Source: Girardia tigrina (taxonomy: Eukaryota). Taken from it: 64,000 nt of DNA. The stretch covers positions 1 through 64,000 of the forward strand of contig MQRK01213582.1 in the NCBI GenBank assembly GCA_001938485.1, given 5' to 3'. The notes under the pieces were generated by a model. That model did not search any database, had not been told where the DNA came from, and saw only the letters and a program-made list of their open reading frames with translations. The first letter of the stretch is position 1; each line of letters opens with the position of its first letter. A program made the translations under genes and the position numbers. Below are positions 1 to 13,838 of the stretch, piece after piece.

Positions 1-1241
1 AAATACGCTAGGAAAAGGGATAAGACATCATTAAAGCATAATTCCGGAAGGGTAAGTGGTGTTTCCGACAGATTAAAAAGAAGAATCTTTCACCTTGCAA
101 CAAAGAAAACGATGTCAACGATGTCCGGAGTCGACTGTATATAGGTTAAGAAAATTTATTTGTTTAATAATTTATTATTGTTTAAGTCAATTTTTGCGAA
201 TAATTGAAAAAATGCCAATGAAACTATTCAATACTGTATCTTTATTCGCTTTCTTTTTCTGAAAAGAAAAAATAGAGACGAGGTTCTTTCTGAACTGAAA
301 GATGTATTTCAACAAGACTGCTCATTCACAGCAAAAATTTATCGTTGTTTCAATTATTTTAAAATTGGTAGAACCTCCGTGATGGACGAAGAAAGGTCCG
401 GAAGACCCTCGAAAATTGATGATAAAATAACTAAAAAGCTGCAGAAAATGGTGCAAAACCAGCGTTAAAAACCGACAAGAGAGCTCACAACCCATCTAAA
501 TGAGAGCAGAGGCACTCTATTTACTCTCCCCACTGAAAGTGGTACGCTGAAAGGCCTACGCTTGTCAACGGTGGAAATGCAACAACGACGCTTGGAATGC
601 TGCTTTGAGAATTTGCAGATCAGGACCAATGTAGGATACAGTTTCATTGATAGTTTCATTTCTGTCGATGAGACACTCTTTATGTCTAAAAGAGAGTCGC
701 AAGAATGGAAACGGAAAGGAGAAAGCAGCTCACCGAAAGTCTCTCATGTGTTTTTGGACGCCAATGCCATTATACTGAGTGACTTTACTAAATCCGGCGT
801 GAAGATCAATAGTTCTTACTACTTCAAAATCGTGAAGCAAGCAAGGAAGGCACGACGCAAGAGCAGATATCTATTTTTACACGATAATGCTCTTATCCAC
901 ACCAGCAGCGTTTCCATGGCCACAATTGAGCGTTGGGGCTCAATTCACTCCCCAATCCACCATATAGCCCGATTTGGCTTCCTCTGATTTATTCTTGTTT
1001 AACCATCTTAAGAAGTATATATGGGGTCAAGTGTTTGCCAACAAACATGATTTGAGAATCTCTGTAGAGAATTTTCTAGGAGAAAGGCCTCCAGAATTCT
1101 TCAAAAACGTCGTTATTCGCTGGGAAATGAAATTATTTTGAGATATGATGCCTATTTACCTTGCTTGTTCTTATTATAATGTATTATTTTGATATCTTAA
1201 GTCTTTCTATATTAGTCTCTTGACTTAATGGGCGCACCACG
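1..1241 (+). mobile_element. Degenerate mariner transposon (left end not in window)
   Basis: Frameshifted transposase: HTH region ending GRTSVMDEERSGRP (~230-410), SVDET and LFLHDNA catalytic motifs in ORF 562-987, FNHLKK-type C-terminus; TIR-like end GACTTAATGGGCGCACCACG at ~1222-1241. Confidence 0.8.
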
Positions 1242-2003
1242 CATAACTAAACTCTTGAAAATTTAAGTAGTATTTTTTGATGGTGATACTACTCGGCTAT
1301 AAACAAATAAATAAAAATGGACATAAAAATCTTAATTACACAATATATTGAATAATTTTATTAATATTTATGATTAATATTATTCATAAAATAATTATTA
1401 GAAATTACAAATACTTTTTTAAAAAAAAGTATTGTTATACACAAAAAGAATAAAAGAAAACCTAAAGAAAAATAGATTTAATATATAAAAAAGAAAATAA
1501 TTAATAGAAAAACAATTTGATTTTCCACAAATCTCGTATTCCATTTTGCACTCTGTCGAGTACGTAATAGTAATTAACCGTTGAACAATTCCATAAAAGG
1601 AATTTAGAAATTGAATCATTTTCCACAAATAATAATTAAATGCCAATTGTTTAAATGAGCAAATAATTTGTAGCAGTTGCTTTGTTTTAACATAAAGCAT
1701 CGAGATCTCATTCCGTTACTTTTTTAGAAAAAAATTTTCTTCTTTTTGCACAAGTTTATTATAGAAAACAAATAATTTTTAATTAATAATTTTTTTCATA
1801 AAGAAATAAATAATTAAATACAAAATAATAAATTTTACAAGTAAATTTAATAATATTTTATAATGTATTGTTTGTTTGATTTAATACATTCGTTAATGAC
1901 AATAATTACTAAATTTTCCATGGAGTTTGTCTTCTTTTAATTTTGTCACCTGAATTAAATGCTTTTGTCGAACGTTTTAACTTCATTTTTATATTTTTAC
2001 ACT

Positions 2004-4505
2004 CAGCTTTCTGAGTAATATCGGAATGCCGGCCACCGGATCGAGCAGTTACAGCCGGCTCCCCTTTATCGTGCAGAGTGATACTGACCGACTAGGATGA
2101 TCGGACGTGACGATAACGTTTGATGGCCCATGGAGCTCGTCGGTGCGCTAGTACAAACTGGCACTGTGATCGATTCGTAGCAACTGTGCAATACTGTAAT
2201 CCCTATGACGGCAAGTACCGCTCCGGATGGTGGACGGTGCAGTCGATTCACCCGCGCGATACCGGTGAGCTCAACTGGCGGGGTGTGAAATTTGCCGAGA
2301 TCGACTACCCGATAAATAACTGTCATATTATCAGCGAAAGTTCCGACATTCAAAGGAATAAAAAATATAGAAGATGGAGTCGCCATAACTTGTATTTCAA
2401 ATGTTTCCAGTTTCAGTTTTATTACATTTTATTTAAACAATTGTTAGTTTTTCGGAATAAAAACTTTTTTTCAAATTGTTTTTTTGATATTCGTTAATCA
2501 CAGCATCACATGAAAGGTGTTAGGTTGCTTCATCACAGGTTGTTTCATCACATTCAGATTTAAACTAAAAATTTCTAAATTAAATTTAAATTAAAGATTG
2601 GATAGCATCACAAAAGACCTAAACTTGGGACGAAATGTCCATACAACTATAACATGCGATGGTGGAGCAAACATGAAGAAAGCCGGAAATGATTGTGTTA
2701 TAAATGATGTGTTCTGCTGTGTTGATCATAAGATAAATTTGATAGTGCAAAGTGCTGCATCGAAATGTAAGTTGTGGAGAAATTTAAGTGACAATATGAC
2801 AGGGTTAGTTAGCTTCTTTAGTCATTCTCAGAAGTCAAAGGATTCACTTATTACCGAAGCATCGACAAATCCAGATATCACAATTACCAAAATAGTTCAA
2901 AGTTGCTCAACCAGATGGAACAGTGACCTTTATCAATTACAATCTATCAACGAGCTACTGCATGCCATCAAAATTGTTGCAGAAAAAGATGTTTCGCGAA
3001 ATCTGGTCAACAAACTACCAGATGAAGAGGAGATCGAACAATTGAGGACAATGATTGAACTGTTGAAAAAATTTGTAAAACTCTTCCACCTTGCAGAGAA
3101 CGAGGTCTCTATAGTCCATGTCATTCCGAAGCTCTTTGATCTGGAAGACGAATTGCAGTCACATGATTCACCCAATCCCATGATGAAAGAAGTCGTTGAT
3201 CATTACTAGTTGGAAATGAATGACAGATTTCCCGAATGTTGAGCTCAAGTTTTAGAATACGAATATACAAACATGTTGGTTCCATGTTACAAAGGTTCAA
3301 CATTACATGGCATTGGGCAAGGGTACCACATGACAAAAGTATCTCTGCAGGAAGCTGTGTTCCACATGTGCAAGGCGGAACTTAAGAACATCCACTCACC
3401 CCACACATCACAATCCTCCATTGATGACATACAACAAGACACTAACACACACACCCACTTAAAAACACCAAAACTGCGTACAAAAGAAGGTCTTCCATCA
3501 GTTTGAAGGTTCAAACTTTTGGAAAAGTGGTAGATAACCCGGATGGGGTGACCTCCTTGATAGCGGAAATCAAGGCGAAATTAGAAAACTACAACAACAA
3601 CAACAACACCGATTGCGACATACTTCGTAACTGGAAAGATCAAGCACTTAATTATTCGAAACTTGCTCGTTTCGCAAAAAGACTATTGGCGATTCCAGCA
3701 GCTTCCTGCAGCTCAGAACGAGTGTTTTCCACAGCTGGAAATATATGTCGTGAGAGAAGAACAAATTTGTCAGCATCCAAAGTTGAAAAACTTGTTTATA
3801 TAAAAGAGAACTTAAGACAGATGAAGAAAATGAATAATGTGCCTTTTATAGTTTGATTCAATTTTCCAAAAATAAATTTGAAATTTTCTTGTTTTCTTTT
3901 TTGTAAATTTTCTTTGCCATTATTGTAGCACAATAGCAAATATCAATGAGCAAATAAAAATTTAAATTTAAACTAAAGTATGATGTCAACATAAAGAAAT
4001 AAAATAATAGAAAAATAAGTAAAAAAAATACAAGAAAATAAAAACTGTTCAATCCTTTTCTTTCGTACTTTTGAGTGTTAATCATCTCGAAAGTAGAATC
4101 GTTGCAGGAGTCCGTTTCTTGTTGAACTTAGAAATATTTGGTGGATGATCGTCAACAAACTGTGATCAGTGAATTTGATGGAGAGAATTTATTGAACCTT
4201 GCAAGGATTTTCGCGCTTTAAAATTTGAAATTTGTATTGTCGAGATTATGTTAGAAATATTTTGTTTTAGAAAAATTTTGTGTGAGTCGCTAAATTACTA
4301 TATGTATTTTTACAGAATATATGTTGTATGTATATAATAATTCCTGGTTACAGAGTCGGCGCGGCGGGGATCTCTGGGTCGGAGATGAAAAATGATGGGA
4401 AGTATAGTACCGTCGTCCAACTCTCATAATTATACTTGTCTCATAAATCTCTCTTCATTTTAAGAGCAGAGTGTACTATTGATCGAAACAGTACCAGAAA
4501 ACTCA
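2004..4505 (+). mobile_element. Degenerate hAT (Ac/ZBED1-like) transposon; boundaries approximate
   Basis: Transposase remnants flanked by GC-rich subterminal regions (~2020-2340, ~4350-4500); imperfect terminal match CAGCTTTCTG / CAGAAAACTC; no clean TSD seen. Confidence 0.65.
2598..3856 (+). pseudogene. hAT transposase pseudogene
   Basis: TCDGGANM, CVDHKINL (CxxH), TRWNS motifs in ORF 2598-3209; hATC dimerisation motif LLAIPAASCSSERVFSTAG in ORF 3503-3856; interrupted by stops and frameshifts. Confidence 0.9.
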
Positions 4506-4519
4506 GCACTCTCTACACG

Positions 4520-4968
4520 GACCATACGCCCGCTAGAACCATCTAATAACTGATCAAGTGCTCGGGTACGTTTCTTGCCACTTGACAGTCACTCGCATCG
4601 CCACCTTAGCTCCACAAATCAGCCAGATCAATACGAAAATAATACTGTAGTGTTTGGGTGCCTCTTGATCACTTCTGCTATGTCTCCTTTTTTTTAATTA
4701 AAAGAGTAAATCTCAATTTCGGCTTTCAAAATGAAACTTTTTTGGATTTTTTCGATTAGACAAAATCTTCTTCTACGATATCTTCTTCCAGTTTCGTCTT
4801 CTTTCTGGCTTGATAGTTAATGACCCTGTGTAAATTCATAATACTTAACCTGACAGAGCTGAAATATAAGCTAATTTTAATGACCGACGCAAACCAATCG
4901 AAAATTCAGAATGAGACAACAATCCGTAAAAGTTGTATCCCTGGTGTGAGTTTCGTACACCTTTTGTA
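4520..4968 (-). mobile_element. Probable 5' remnant of a Tc1/mariner-family element
   Basis: Segment 4850-4935 resembles 43255-43330; terminal-like GAGTTTCGTACACCTTTTG+TA; weak HTH-like translation on the minus strand. Confidence 0.35.
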
Positions 4969-5532
4969 AAATAAAATTGGATTCTTTACGATATGAATAA
5001 TTAAAATAGATTTTATATATTTCCAAATAATAGACATAAAAAAAGATAAATAATTTAATTCATATTTACAGCTTAAATTTAAAATACATGAAAAGTGTAT
5101 ACCGAACGTTTATCAAGTATCTCACGATCTTGAAGCATATTAAAGAAGCACGAACCTTAAAAATAGGAATACAAAATACCAAAACTAGAGCGCATAATTT
5201 TTTAATTTATTTAAGTCTATTATTAATTCTATTATTAATGCTATCATTTAATTCTAAATAAATTAAAATAGACGTTTATTTAATCCATTTAATATAAAAT
5301 GTTTAAAAATATAATAAATATAGAAAAACAATATAAAATAAAAATTAAATTTGAAAAAACAAGATAATCTTTTGAAAAAAAGGTTGAAAATTTCTTAAAT
5401 AATCTTGAGAAGATTATTATAGTTTATTATTGCTTAAAATTGGTTAAATTATAATTCTTTAATTATTATTATCTTTTTCATTATCTAATTCTCAGTAGTT
5501 TTATTCAACAAATCACCTTCTTGCAGTCATCG

Positions 5533-5567
5533 GTGATTGGTCAATAATAATCGTATTTGATTGGTCG
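5533..5567. promoter_or_regulatory. Pair of reverse CCAAT boxes (GATTGGTC x2), possible promoter of the protocadherin
   Basis: Two GATTGGTC motifs ~24 bp apart in non-TE AT-rich DNA upstream of the gene; function is inference only. Confidence 0.25.
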
Positions 5568-7851
5568 ATTAACCAAGTGAATAGTTTATTGATACATTTT
5601 ATTCAATTTAATTGAAACTATTTTAAGTTAAATGAAATTTTCGGAAAAATAGGTATTTTATTTTATTTATGACCGTTGTATTAAACTTTAAATTTTTATT
5701 TTAAATTTTTCGTATTTTTTTCGACAAAAGTTTCAATAATTTTTTTCAAAAATTAATAAAAAAAGGAAATTTAAAATTCAAATAAATAGTAATTATCTGT
5801 AATAAAAATTTATTATTGTAAAATAATAAAATAATAATAATTAAAAAGAAAATAAATTTTAGGTTAGTTTTTAATAAAAAATATGTAATTATATAACATT
5901 AAATTATCAGATAAATATTTTATTAAAAAATAAATTTAAATTAACGTTTATTTATATTTTAATGATAATTATATTCATTAATAATGATTAAAAAGTAATT
6001 CAATATTTTTGTTAATTTCATTAAAATCTAATAATATAATTTTTTAATATCCTTAATTAACATACAAAGATTACGTAATTATATAATAAATTATTATCTT
6101 CCATATTTTTTTCTATATATATGATAATTATTGCATTTTATTTTAAAATTAAAGCTCTATTTCATAAATTAAAAATTATTAATAATATTTATTTTTAAAA
6201 AATAGAAACAATTAATTTGTAAAAAAAAGATTTCGTAAATTCTTTAAAAGAAAGATAGGAACATCAAAGATTTCTTTAATCGGAAAAAAAGTAATAAAAG
6301 AAGAAAAATAAAAGTAATTAAATTTAATTTATTAAAAAAACCACTAATATATGACTGCCAAAATTTGTCACGCACTCATTAGACTCCCCTGTGCATTAAT
6401 TATAGAACTAAATCAATTATGCAATTATTCATTGAAAAATCGAAGAAAAACAAATTTATTATTCATAATTTCATTTTACAAAAAAAATAACGTTATTACT
6501 TAAAAGTTCCAGACGACTTCTGTTTATTAGTTTTTTGTTTGATTCATTTAATTGATTTCTTAAAAAATTAGTTATGTAAAAAAAGAACATTTGCGGTTTT
6601 TTTGTTTTAATAAGTTCATTATATTTTTTCGAAGAAAGTTCTGACGACTTTTTGTTGTTTTTTTATTGTTGATAGAAATTTGAGTTTGAATATACGTAAA
6701 AAAATTGAAGAGAAAAAGAAAGATTTTTTTTCTATTTTTCTGAAAGTTAGAAAATGGAAATTTTTTTATTTTTATATATTTATAAAAAAAACTTTAATTA
6801 AATTGAATTTTATATATTTTACTAGAAATTTTTAATTTTATATTTAGATTTATAAAATCGAAAATTAATTTTCGTAAATTGTTAAAATAAAATTATTTAT
6901 AAAAATTAAATAATGTATATATATATATTTATTTAGAAGAAAAAATAATTACAGCTTTTTATTCATTTAATTTCTTTTTGTCAACAGTAAAATAGTGTTG
7001 TTCTTTCTTCAAAGAAGATCTTTTTTAGTTTAATTAAAAAATATTTTAAAAAATCTCTAAGAAATAAAATTAGAAAAAAAGATGAATAATCAAATAAGAA
7101 ATAAATAAATAAATAAATAATCTCTTTATTCTTTTTGATAATTTTTGATCTTTTGCATTTACAGGAAATATTTCTTAACGTTAAATTTATTTTTATAAAT
7201 AAATGTTTATTAGTAAAAGAAAAAGAAATAAAAAATATATTAAATATTGTTTATTTTATTATTTTTATTAATGTTTACAATATTTTTTTTACATTTTAAT
7301 TATATTTTTTATTTACAATTTAAAAAATCTAAAAATTATTTTTAATAATAATTACAATTAAAATTTTTCTTTCAAAAATAAACTTTCGAAATGGTTTTTT
7401 TTCATAGACAAAAAATAAATTCTTTACACATTGAATAAACATATTAATATAATTAAAACAAATTTAGGATGAACATTTTGCGGCATTTTGTTTTAAAATA
7501 ATGCCTAAAAGGGAAAACTGTTTGCAATTAAAATTTCGTAATTTGATAATTTTTTTTAACTTTTTAAAAATTTATTCAGAATTCTGCTAATAAAACTGTT
7601 TTTTCCGATATATTTTTTCCTTGTTTTCGTTGTTTGGTATTATCTTTTTCTTTATCAAAATTGTTTTAACAAATAGTTTTATCTTTGTAATTTTGTATAA
7701 TTCTTTAATTAAAACATTTTTTAAATGATGCATTTCGTTTTTTATTAATTTTTAATATTTTAATAGTTTATAACGCATTTTAGTACCTTTTTTGTAGTCT
7801 TTTCAAAGGATTATATCTTTGTCTAATAATTATAGTTAAGTTACTTAAACT

Positions 7852-7890
7852 TTAACCCTCTATCTACCGACGGTACTTATAGCTACCACT
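7852..7890 (+). mobile_element. piggyBac-like terminus (TTAA-CCC...)
   Basis: TTAA followed by CCCTCTATCTACCGACGGTAC; similar TTAA-bounded ends at ~27610 (AAGGGTTAA) and ~32300 (GAATGAGTTAA); no transposase recognised. Confidence 0.3.
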
Positions 7891-8999
7891 TTATAGCACA
7901 ACTACTATTTATATTATGATTGTACGTTTTAGAAACAGTCTTTTAACTCTACTTTTGGATGATAGATGGCAGTAGTGAGAAAGTGAGCTTTTTCGAACGG
8001 ACATTAGGTTTTGTGGATGGATGACTTTTTAGATTTAGATTTTCTTGAAATATAAAATACTTAAATCAACAAACTTCAATTGAAGGTTTTTATACATTAA
8101 CATACCTTATTTTGAGTTCGAAGAATGGCCTCCCAATTAGTCACATAAAATCTTTGACTCTTAAATGTACGTAAAATGGTAACTAAACGCAATCTTTTTG
8201 GAAAAACATGATCTAACTTAAAATACAAGTCAAAAAATCTCAACAGCAGAAATTAAAAATAGATAGTAAAACTAATTTCAATTTAAAAGAAACAAGAATA
8301 AAATTACAAATAATAGAAATTATATGATTAAGATCGTAACTCATTTATGAGGTTGTCTTTAATTAATGTTCTAAAAACGAAAGCCTTAAAAGGAATATTA
8401 TAGACTAAATACAAAGTAACCTGGATTCTAAAATAAATAATACAGAACATTGTTAGATATAAGCACTGAAACTATTTGAAAGATTACTACACCGACGAAC
8501 TGTAAGGTAATTAACTTGTTATGTTTATGAAAGAAATGCCAAAGGTTACATTAAAGGTTACGTTATTTTTAAATTCATCATTAAACCAGAAACAGGAATC
8601 AGGTAATTCTCCTCTTTAAATATTAAGTCGTCATCCTGTTTTGATTTCCTGAGAATCACAGAAAAGTTGGATAAAAACTAAAAATATTTTTCAGAATTTT
8701 GTTTGTCAGATCTCCATTGTTTAAACTGAAATTTTACCATAAGGAAGAATCCTATCCCAAACCATGTTGTCAAGATCAGCTTATTGTTTTGGTTAACTAA
8801 TTTTGATCGTACTTCTAGAATAGGATCAGCAGCAATCAGAACCAACTAAATTACTTTTTTCTTCAGAAAAAACTAATTTATTAACCGTCTTACCCATTTC
8901 AACGAGCGTGACTACATCAACAAACGTTCCAGACCGCAACAAGACGAGTTCATCTCTTTCATATAAAAAGACGATTTTTATAAAAAAATGATCCACAGA

Positions 9000-9640
9000 A
9001 TGAACGTTACTCGTTCCTTTGTACTTGATTAATAACCTAGTATGGAAGATGCTACATGCCTAATAGATCTTCAAGGTGAACCGTTTTTTGACCAGTTTCA
9101 TTTTCTCCATACATCGTATGTATCAAGAATACCAAAATGGGTTTTCACACATTTATTTTTATCACAATTCGAATTGTCTTCTGGACAATTCTCAGTAAAA
9201 CTTTCATAATTTGACATCTCGCTAAATTGATAATTTTTTGTTAATGTCTTTTTAATAAACAATTATTCGAACATATTTTCATTTTAAATGATTTTCAAAT
9301 TTTAGTTGTAAAGTTCTAATTTTATAATTTTGGTAATAATTTTATCTAAATGTTAATTTAATGTTAAAAATGATTTTATTTAAAGAAAAAAACTTATAGT
9401 TAAAAAAACTTAAATAGTTAAAAGCTATTTACTTTATTTAAATTTGTAATATGCAAATTTGAAACGATTTAATATTTTTAAAGTTTTTTAAATATCTTAT
9501 GCTGTAATTTTAAATTCAAATTATACTCGAATAATTATTTATCGTGAACATCCAAAATACCAATTTTCCACCTGGGTGAGAGAAACACATTTCAAAATTC
9601 AGTATACAAAATTCAACATACCAAATTTAACATATTCCTC
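9000..9640 (-). repeat. Copy of an unnamed dispersed family with a Cys-rich ORF remnant
   Basis: 9310-9630 aligns by eye with 21350-21660; minus strand has CCCAGGTGG motif, then MSNYESFTENCPEDNSNCDKNKCVKTHFGIL. Confidence 0.6.
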
Positions 9641-11830
9641 TACAGAGGTTCTCTACGCGTATACATTTATAAACTATTTATTGTGTTTTTGTGTATCGTG
9701 TGTGAATTACCAAAGAGACATAAAAGCAATTTATTTTATTTATTAGATAGTGTTGTTTATTTGTTGGTGTAAATATTGTATTTTATTTTTCTTATTGAAC
9801 GACATTAATTTATTTGATTAAAATTTGCTGTTGTACATATCTATTGTTTATAAGGGTTTTATGACGAATTATTGTCAAAAAGGACTGAGACTAATTTACT
9901 ATTTTGTTTCCAATAATAAAATGTGACGAATTTTTATATACTTTGTGGAAAAAAACTGATAAGTAAGGCGGTTAAAATCCAGACGATTTTTTAGACAGTG
10001 ACTCTTCAAAGTTAACATTATTTTCATTTATGCTTTCTGAAATTTTCAAAGAACTCTGTTATATTCTTAACCTTTTCAATACAAATTTTGGTCAGTGAAG
10101 ATATTTCTGTATAATTGAAATAAATGTTCTGTAAATAAGTAAATGAACATGTTTATGTAATTTTCGATTTTAATAAAATTTGGTTTTCAAAAAAATGCAT
10201 TGGATAAATATGTCATTGCGGTAGTTTAATAATGTGATAAATATATTCCAGTAATATTTGAACATTCTCTGGGTCTTATATATTCCCACAGTATTGATAG
10301 GGTCAACAATACATTCAATTCCAGTTCATTATTTTTTTTCTATCGAATTTTTTTTCTTTATCAACTCAATGAGATTCTTTAGAAGCATATTTGTTAATAA
10401 TAAACTAAGAATTTAGAAATATAAAAATTACTTAAATAAATCTTTCAGAAAAGGTTCCTACAAATGGTGCACAAAAAATTGTAGGAATTTTAACCTTCCA
10501 TAAATAACTTTAAAGTAATTATTTAGACAGGAAAAAATATTATAAAATTATTAGTATATGTGTGGAATGTTTGAAATGTTTGATATTTTGTTTTTGAATG
10601 TTGTGTCTCATTCCCAGATGATTGATTAATACTTTAATTCTCATAATCTAAAACTAACTCGATTTGAATTTACATATAATATTTAGATTTATTTTAATTC
10701 AATATCATTCCAATTTAATTTACAACATTTTATGTTAAATTTTTAAATAAATAAAATAAATTAATATTTTAAAACAATGTTTTGTGAAATAATGTTTATT
10801 TTCTTTTTAACCAATGAAATTTGTAGAAAATATTTTTAGAGATATTTCAGGTCGCAATTAGTTTATATATTTGGATAAAGATCATTAATCAATTGTACAA
10901 TGGAAAATTACTAAAGTTTTGATAACATTTGTAATAGTGTAATAATAAAATGATATATTTTTATTTTTATTATCAAAAGCAGCAGTGACTTAACTGTTCA
11001 CTTTTTTTCAAAAAAATCTTGAAAGTTTAGGGTATACAGGGGAATACAGTAATTTTCATGTCGAAGAATGTTCTCTCCGGGATGTTGAATTATTAGATTT
11101 CAGTATGAGTTGCCGAAAATCGAATGATTTTTCATAATTGTATCATAAACACAGACTTGTTTAGCTAGAATGACCAAAAAAGTGTAAAAGTAATGAATTT
11201 CTTTTAGAATATGGAAGCTAGTAAAAACGCATACGTAATTGCCTTTACTTTTTATAGCTTTTTCACTCTTGAAAATTAAAATGGTATAAATATTTAATCG
11301 AAACAGCATCTTTGTGTCTCAAGAATCTTTAAAAATTTTCTCCAAATTTTTTCTTTTTTATTTCTTTTTAATTATTCACAAAATTATTGACAATTTACTT
11401 TGCAGCAAAGAATAAAAATTTTTAAAAAAATAATGGTCATTTTGTTTTTTTTTCTGTAACAATTTAACTAATTAATTTTTCCTTCGAACTGAGATTGTCT
11501 TAACGGTTCTCTTTAACTGTCAAAAACCTAAAGGAAAACTTTATCAAATAAATTATGTCTAATGTAAACATTTCTTTAAAAATAATTTAATTTTATTTCA
11601 TTTGCAATAAATAAAATATAAAATGATTTTTGATTTATAAAATTTAAAAACAAAATATCATTGACTTAATTAAAATTCAATAAATCAATAATAAATAATT
11701 TAGTAATCAATAATAATAAAATAATTAATTATTATATTTAATTTTTATAATATTTTTCATTCTAATATATTTGGTTTTTTTTATTGTTTTATTTAATTTT
11801 ATTTATTTTTTTATTTTGATCATATTTTAG

Positions 11831-13838
11831 ATGATTTGGTGTTTGATTTTGGAAATATTATTTTTAATCAATTCCATTAAATGTAGTTTCTTAGCTACAA
11901 TACAAGTTAATGAAAATGTCCACTACTATCAACCTTTATTAGACATTGAAAAGCTTTTGAAAGACAAAAAAATCATTTCTACCAACGAAAAGCCGGGAAA
12001 ATATAAAATTTATTCCTTAACAGACAAAAGTTCCTCATTTTATTTGATTGATAACAAATTGTCCCTAAATTCCATTATTGATAGGGAAAGCATTTGCCAA
12101 GATCTAGCGATAACACATAACAGTGATTCTTCTTTGGACGTTTCCAGTCGATACTTGACTAGAAATTCATGCAAAGGAGATGAATGTTGTACGATATTTA
12201 GCTTTCAAGTTGACTTAGGAAATCGAATTAGTTCTTATTATATACTCATCAAGATCATTGACCAAAATGATAACATTCCAAAATTTGTATCGTTTACGAA
12301 TCCTTATGCAACGATTATGGAAAACTCTCCTATTAATACAATAGTCCCCCTTCCGATAGCAGTAGATTCGGATAGTGAATCTTTTGGCATTAAAAGATAC
12401 ACAATTTCAAAGCCTTTTCTAGTAGGAAATCATTCGCATTTTATGATTATGGATAAATTGGTATCTGGAAAACCGCAGATGATCTTGTTAACGACTTTAG
12501 ATCGAGAAGTAACTCCTGAATATCGATTCACTTTGAAAGCTGTGGATCGAGAAATAGAGGACTTCCGGGAGAATCCTGGTGTTGAGGTTGAAATAAAAAT
12601 TGGTGATATTAATGATAACGCTCCGATTTTCGATAAAACATTCTATTCAGCTAGTATAACCGAACATTCGAAGATGATGAATGTTATTTCATTTTACATA
12701 ACGGATTTAGACGAAGGTCAAAATAAGTTCGTCACTGTGACAATTGAAGCAGAAAACGAAATCAAAGTTAACGAAATAAAAAATCTTTTTCAAGTCGAAT
12801 TTTCTCCTTCTTCTATGAGCGGGTCGGTCAGACTTATTGATGAAATTGATTATGAAAAACACGCCACAAAATATTCCTTTAATCTTCTAGCAAGAGACAA
12901 CGGAAGACCGTCTTTATCATCGTCTTCTAAAGTCATGATTCAAGTTTTAAATAAAAATGATCATGCTCCAGTTATAAAAGTCATTAGAAAAGGAGAACTT
13001 GTTTCTCGATCTATAACTATTTTTGAAAATGAACCTTCAAAAACCATTATAGCGTCGTTGCAAGTTTCTGACAGTGACAGTCGAACTGCGGATATTGAAT
13101 GCCAAATAGACGACACAAACCTAAATTTTGAAATATCCCCAAGTAACGAAATCCATCCTCTTGGTCTTTATAAAGAGTTTATTATTAACACTTTGAAACC
13201 ATTGGATCGCGAGGACGAAAGTAATCAATATTTACAAATCAAAATTCATTGTTCAGATCAAGATAAACTAAACTCTTTATCAACGAACTTTACAATTGTC
13301 GTTACACTTAATGATATCAACGATAATCCTCCAATATTTACCAGATCGAAATATCAAGGAGAATTGCTGGAAAACATTCAACAAGGTTTGGTGAAAATGA
13401 CCGAGCCGATTCAAACGCATGACAAAGATCACGGAAAAAATGCCGGCGTCATTTTCCAAATGGACACATCGAAAAATTCAACAGACTGGCAATACTTTAC
13501 TATTGATCCGGATTCAGGAAAAATATTCTCAAAAAATAGTATTGATTATGAAAAAAATCAAAGTTTCTCTTTCAATATTGTTGCGATTGACAAAGATCAG
13601 TCGAATCTGTCGTCCACTGCGCAAATAATAGTTCACATAATCGACGCAAATGACAATACTCCTGTGTTTGGGCTACCGCATTATACATTTTCTGTGAAGG
13701 AAAACGTACCCATCAATACTTATATTGGACAAATTGAGACATCAGACCTTGACTCTCGTCCGGAAAATAAATTCGTCCGATATTTTCACAAATCTTATAC
13801 GACTAACAACCAAGTTATACATGTTGATCAAAATACCG
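11831..13838 (+). CDS. Protocadherin (7-EC, delta-1-like), coding exon 1: signal peptide, EC1-EC5, first half of EC6
   Basis: Hydrophobic N-terminus; repeated cadherin motifs (DRE/DYE, DxD, DxNDNxP x5); ATG directly after TTTTAG acceptor; donor ACCG|GTAATA at 13838/13839, phase 1. Confidence 0.95.

Noticed and set aside
8960-9060. Adenain or Ulp1-like protease motif (QVQ...FCG) in the unnamed family ORF
   Set aside because: It is interrupted by stops and no catalytic His-Trp motif can be placed; too weak to call.
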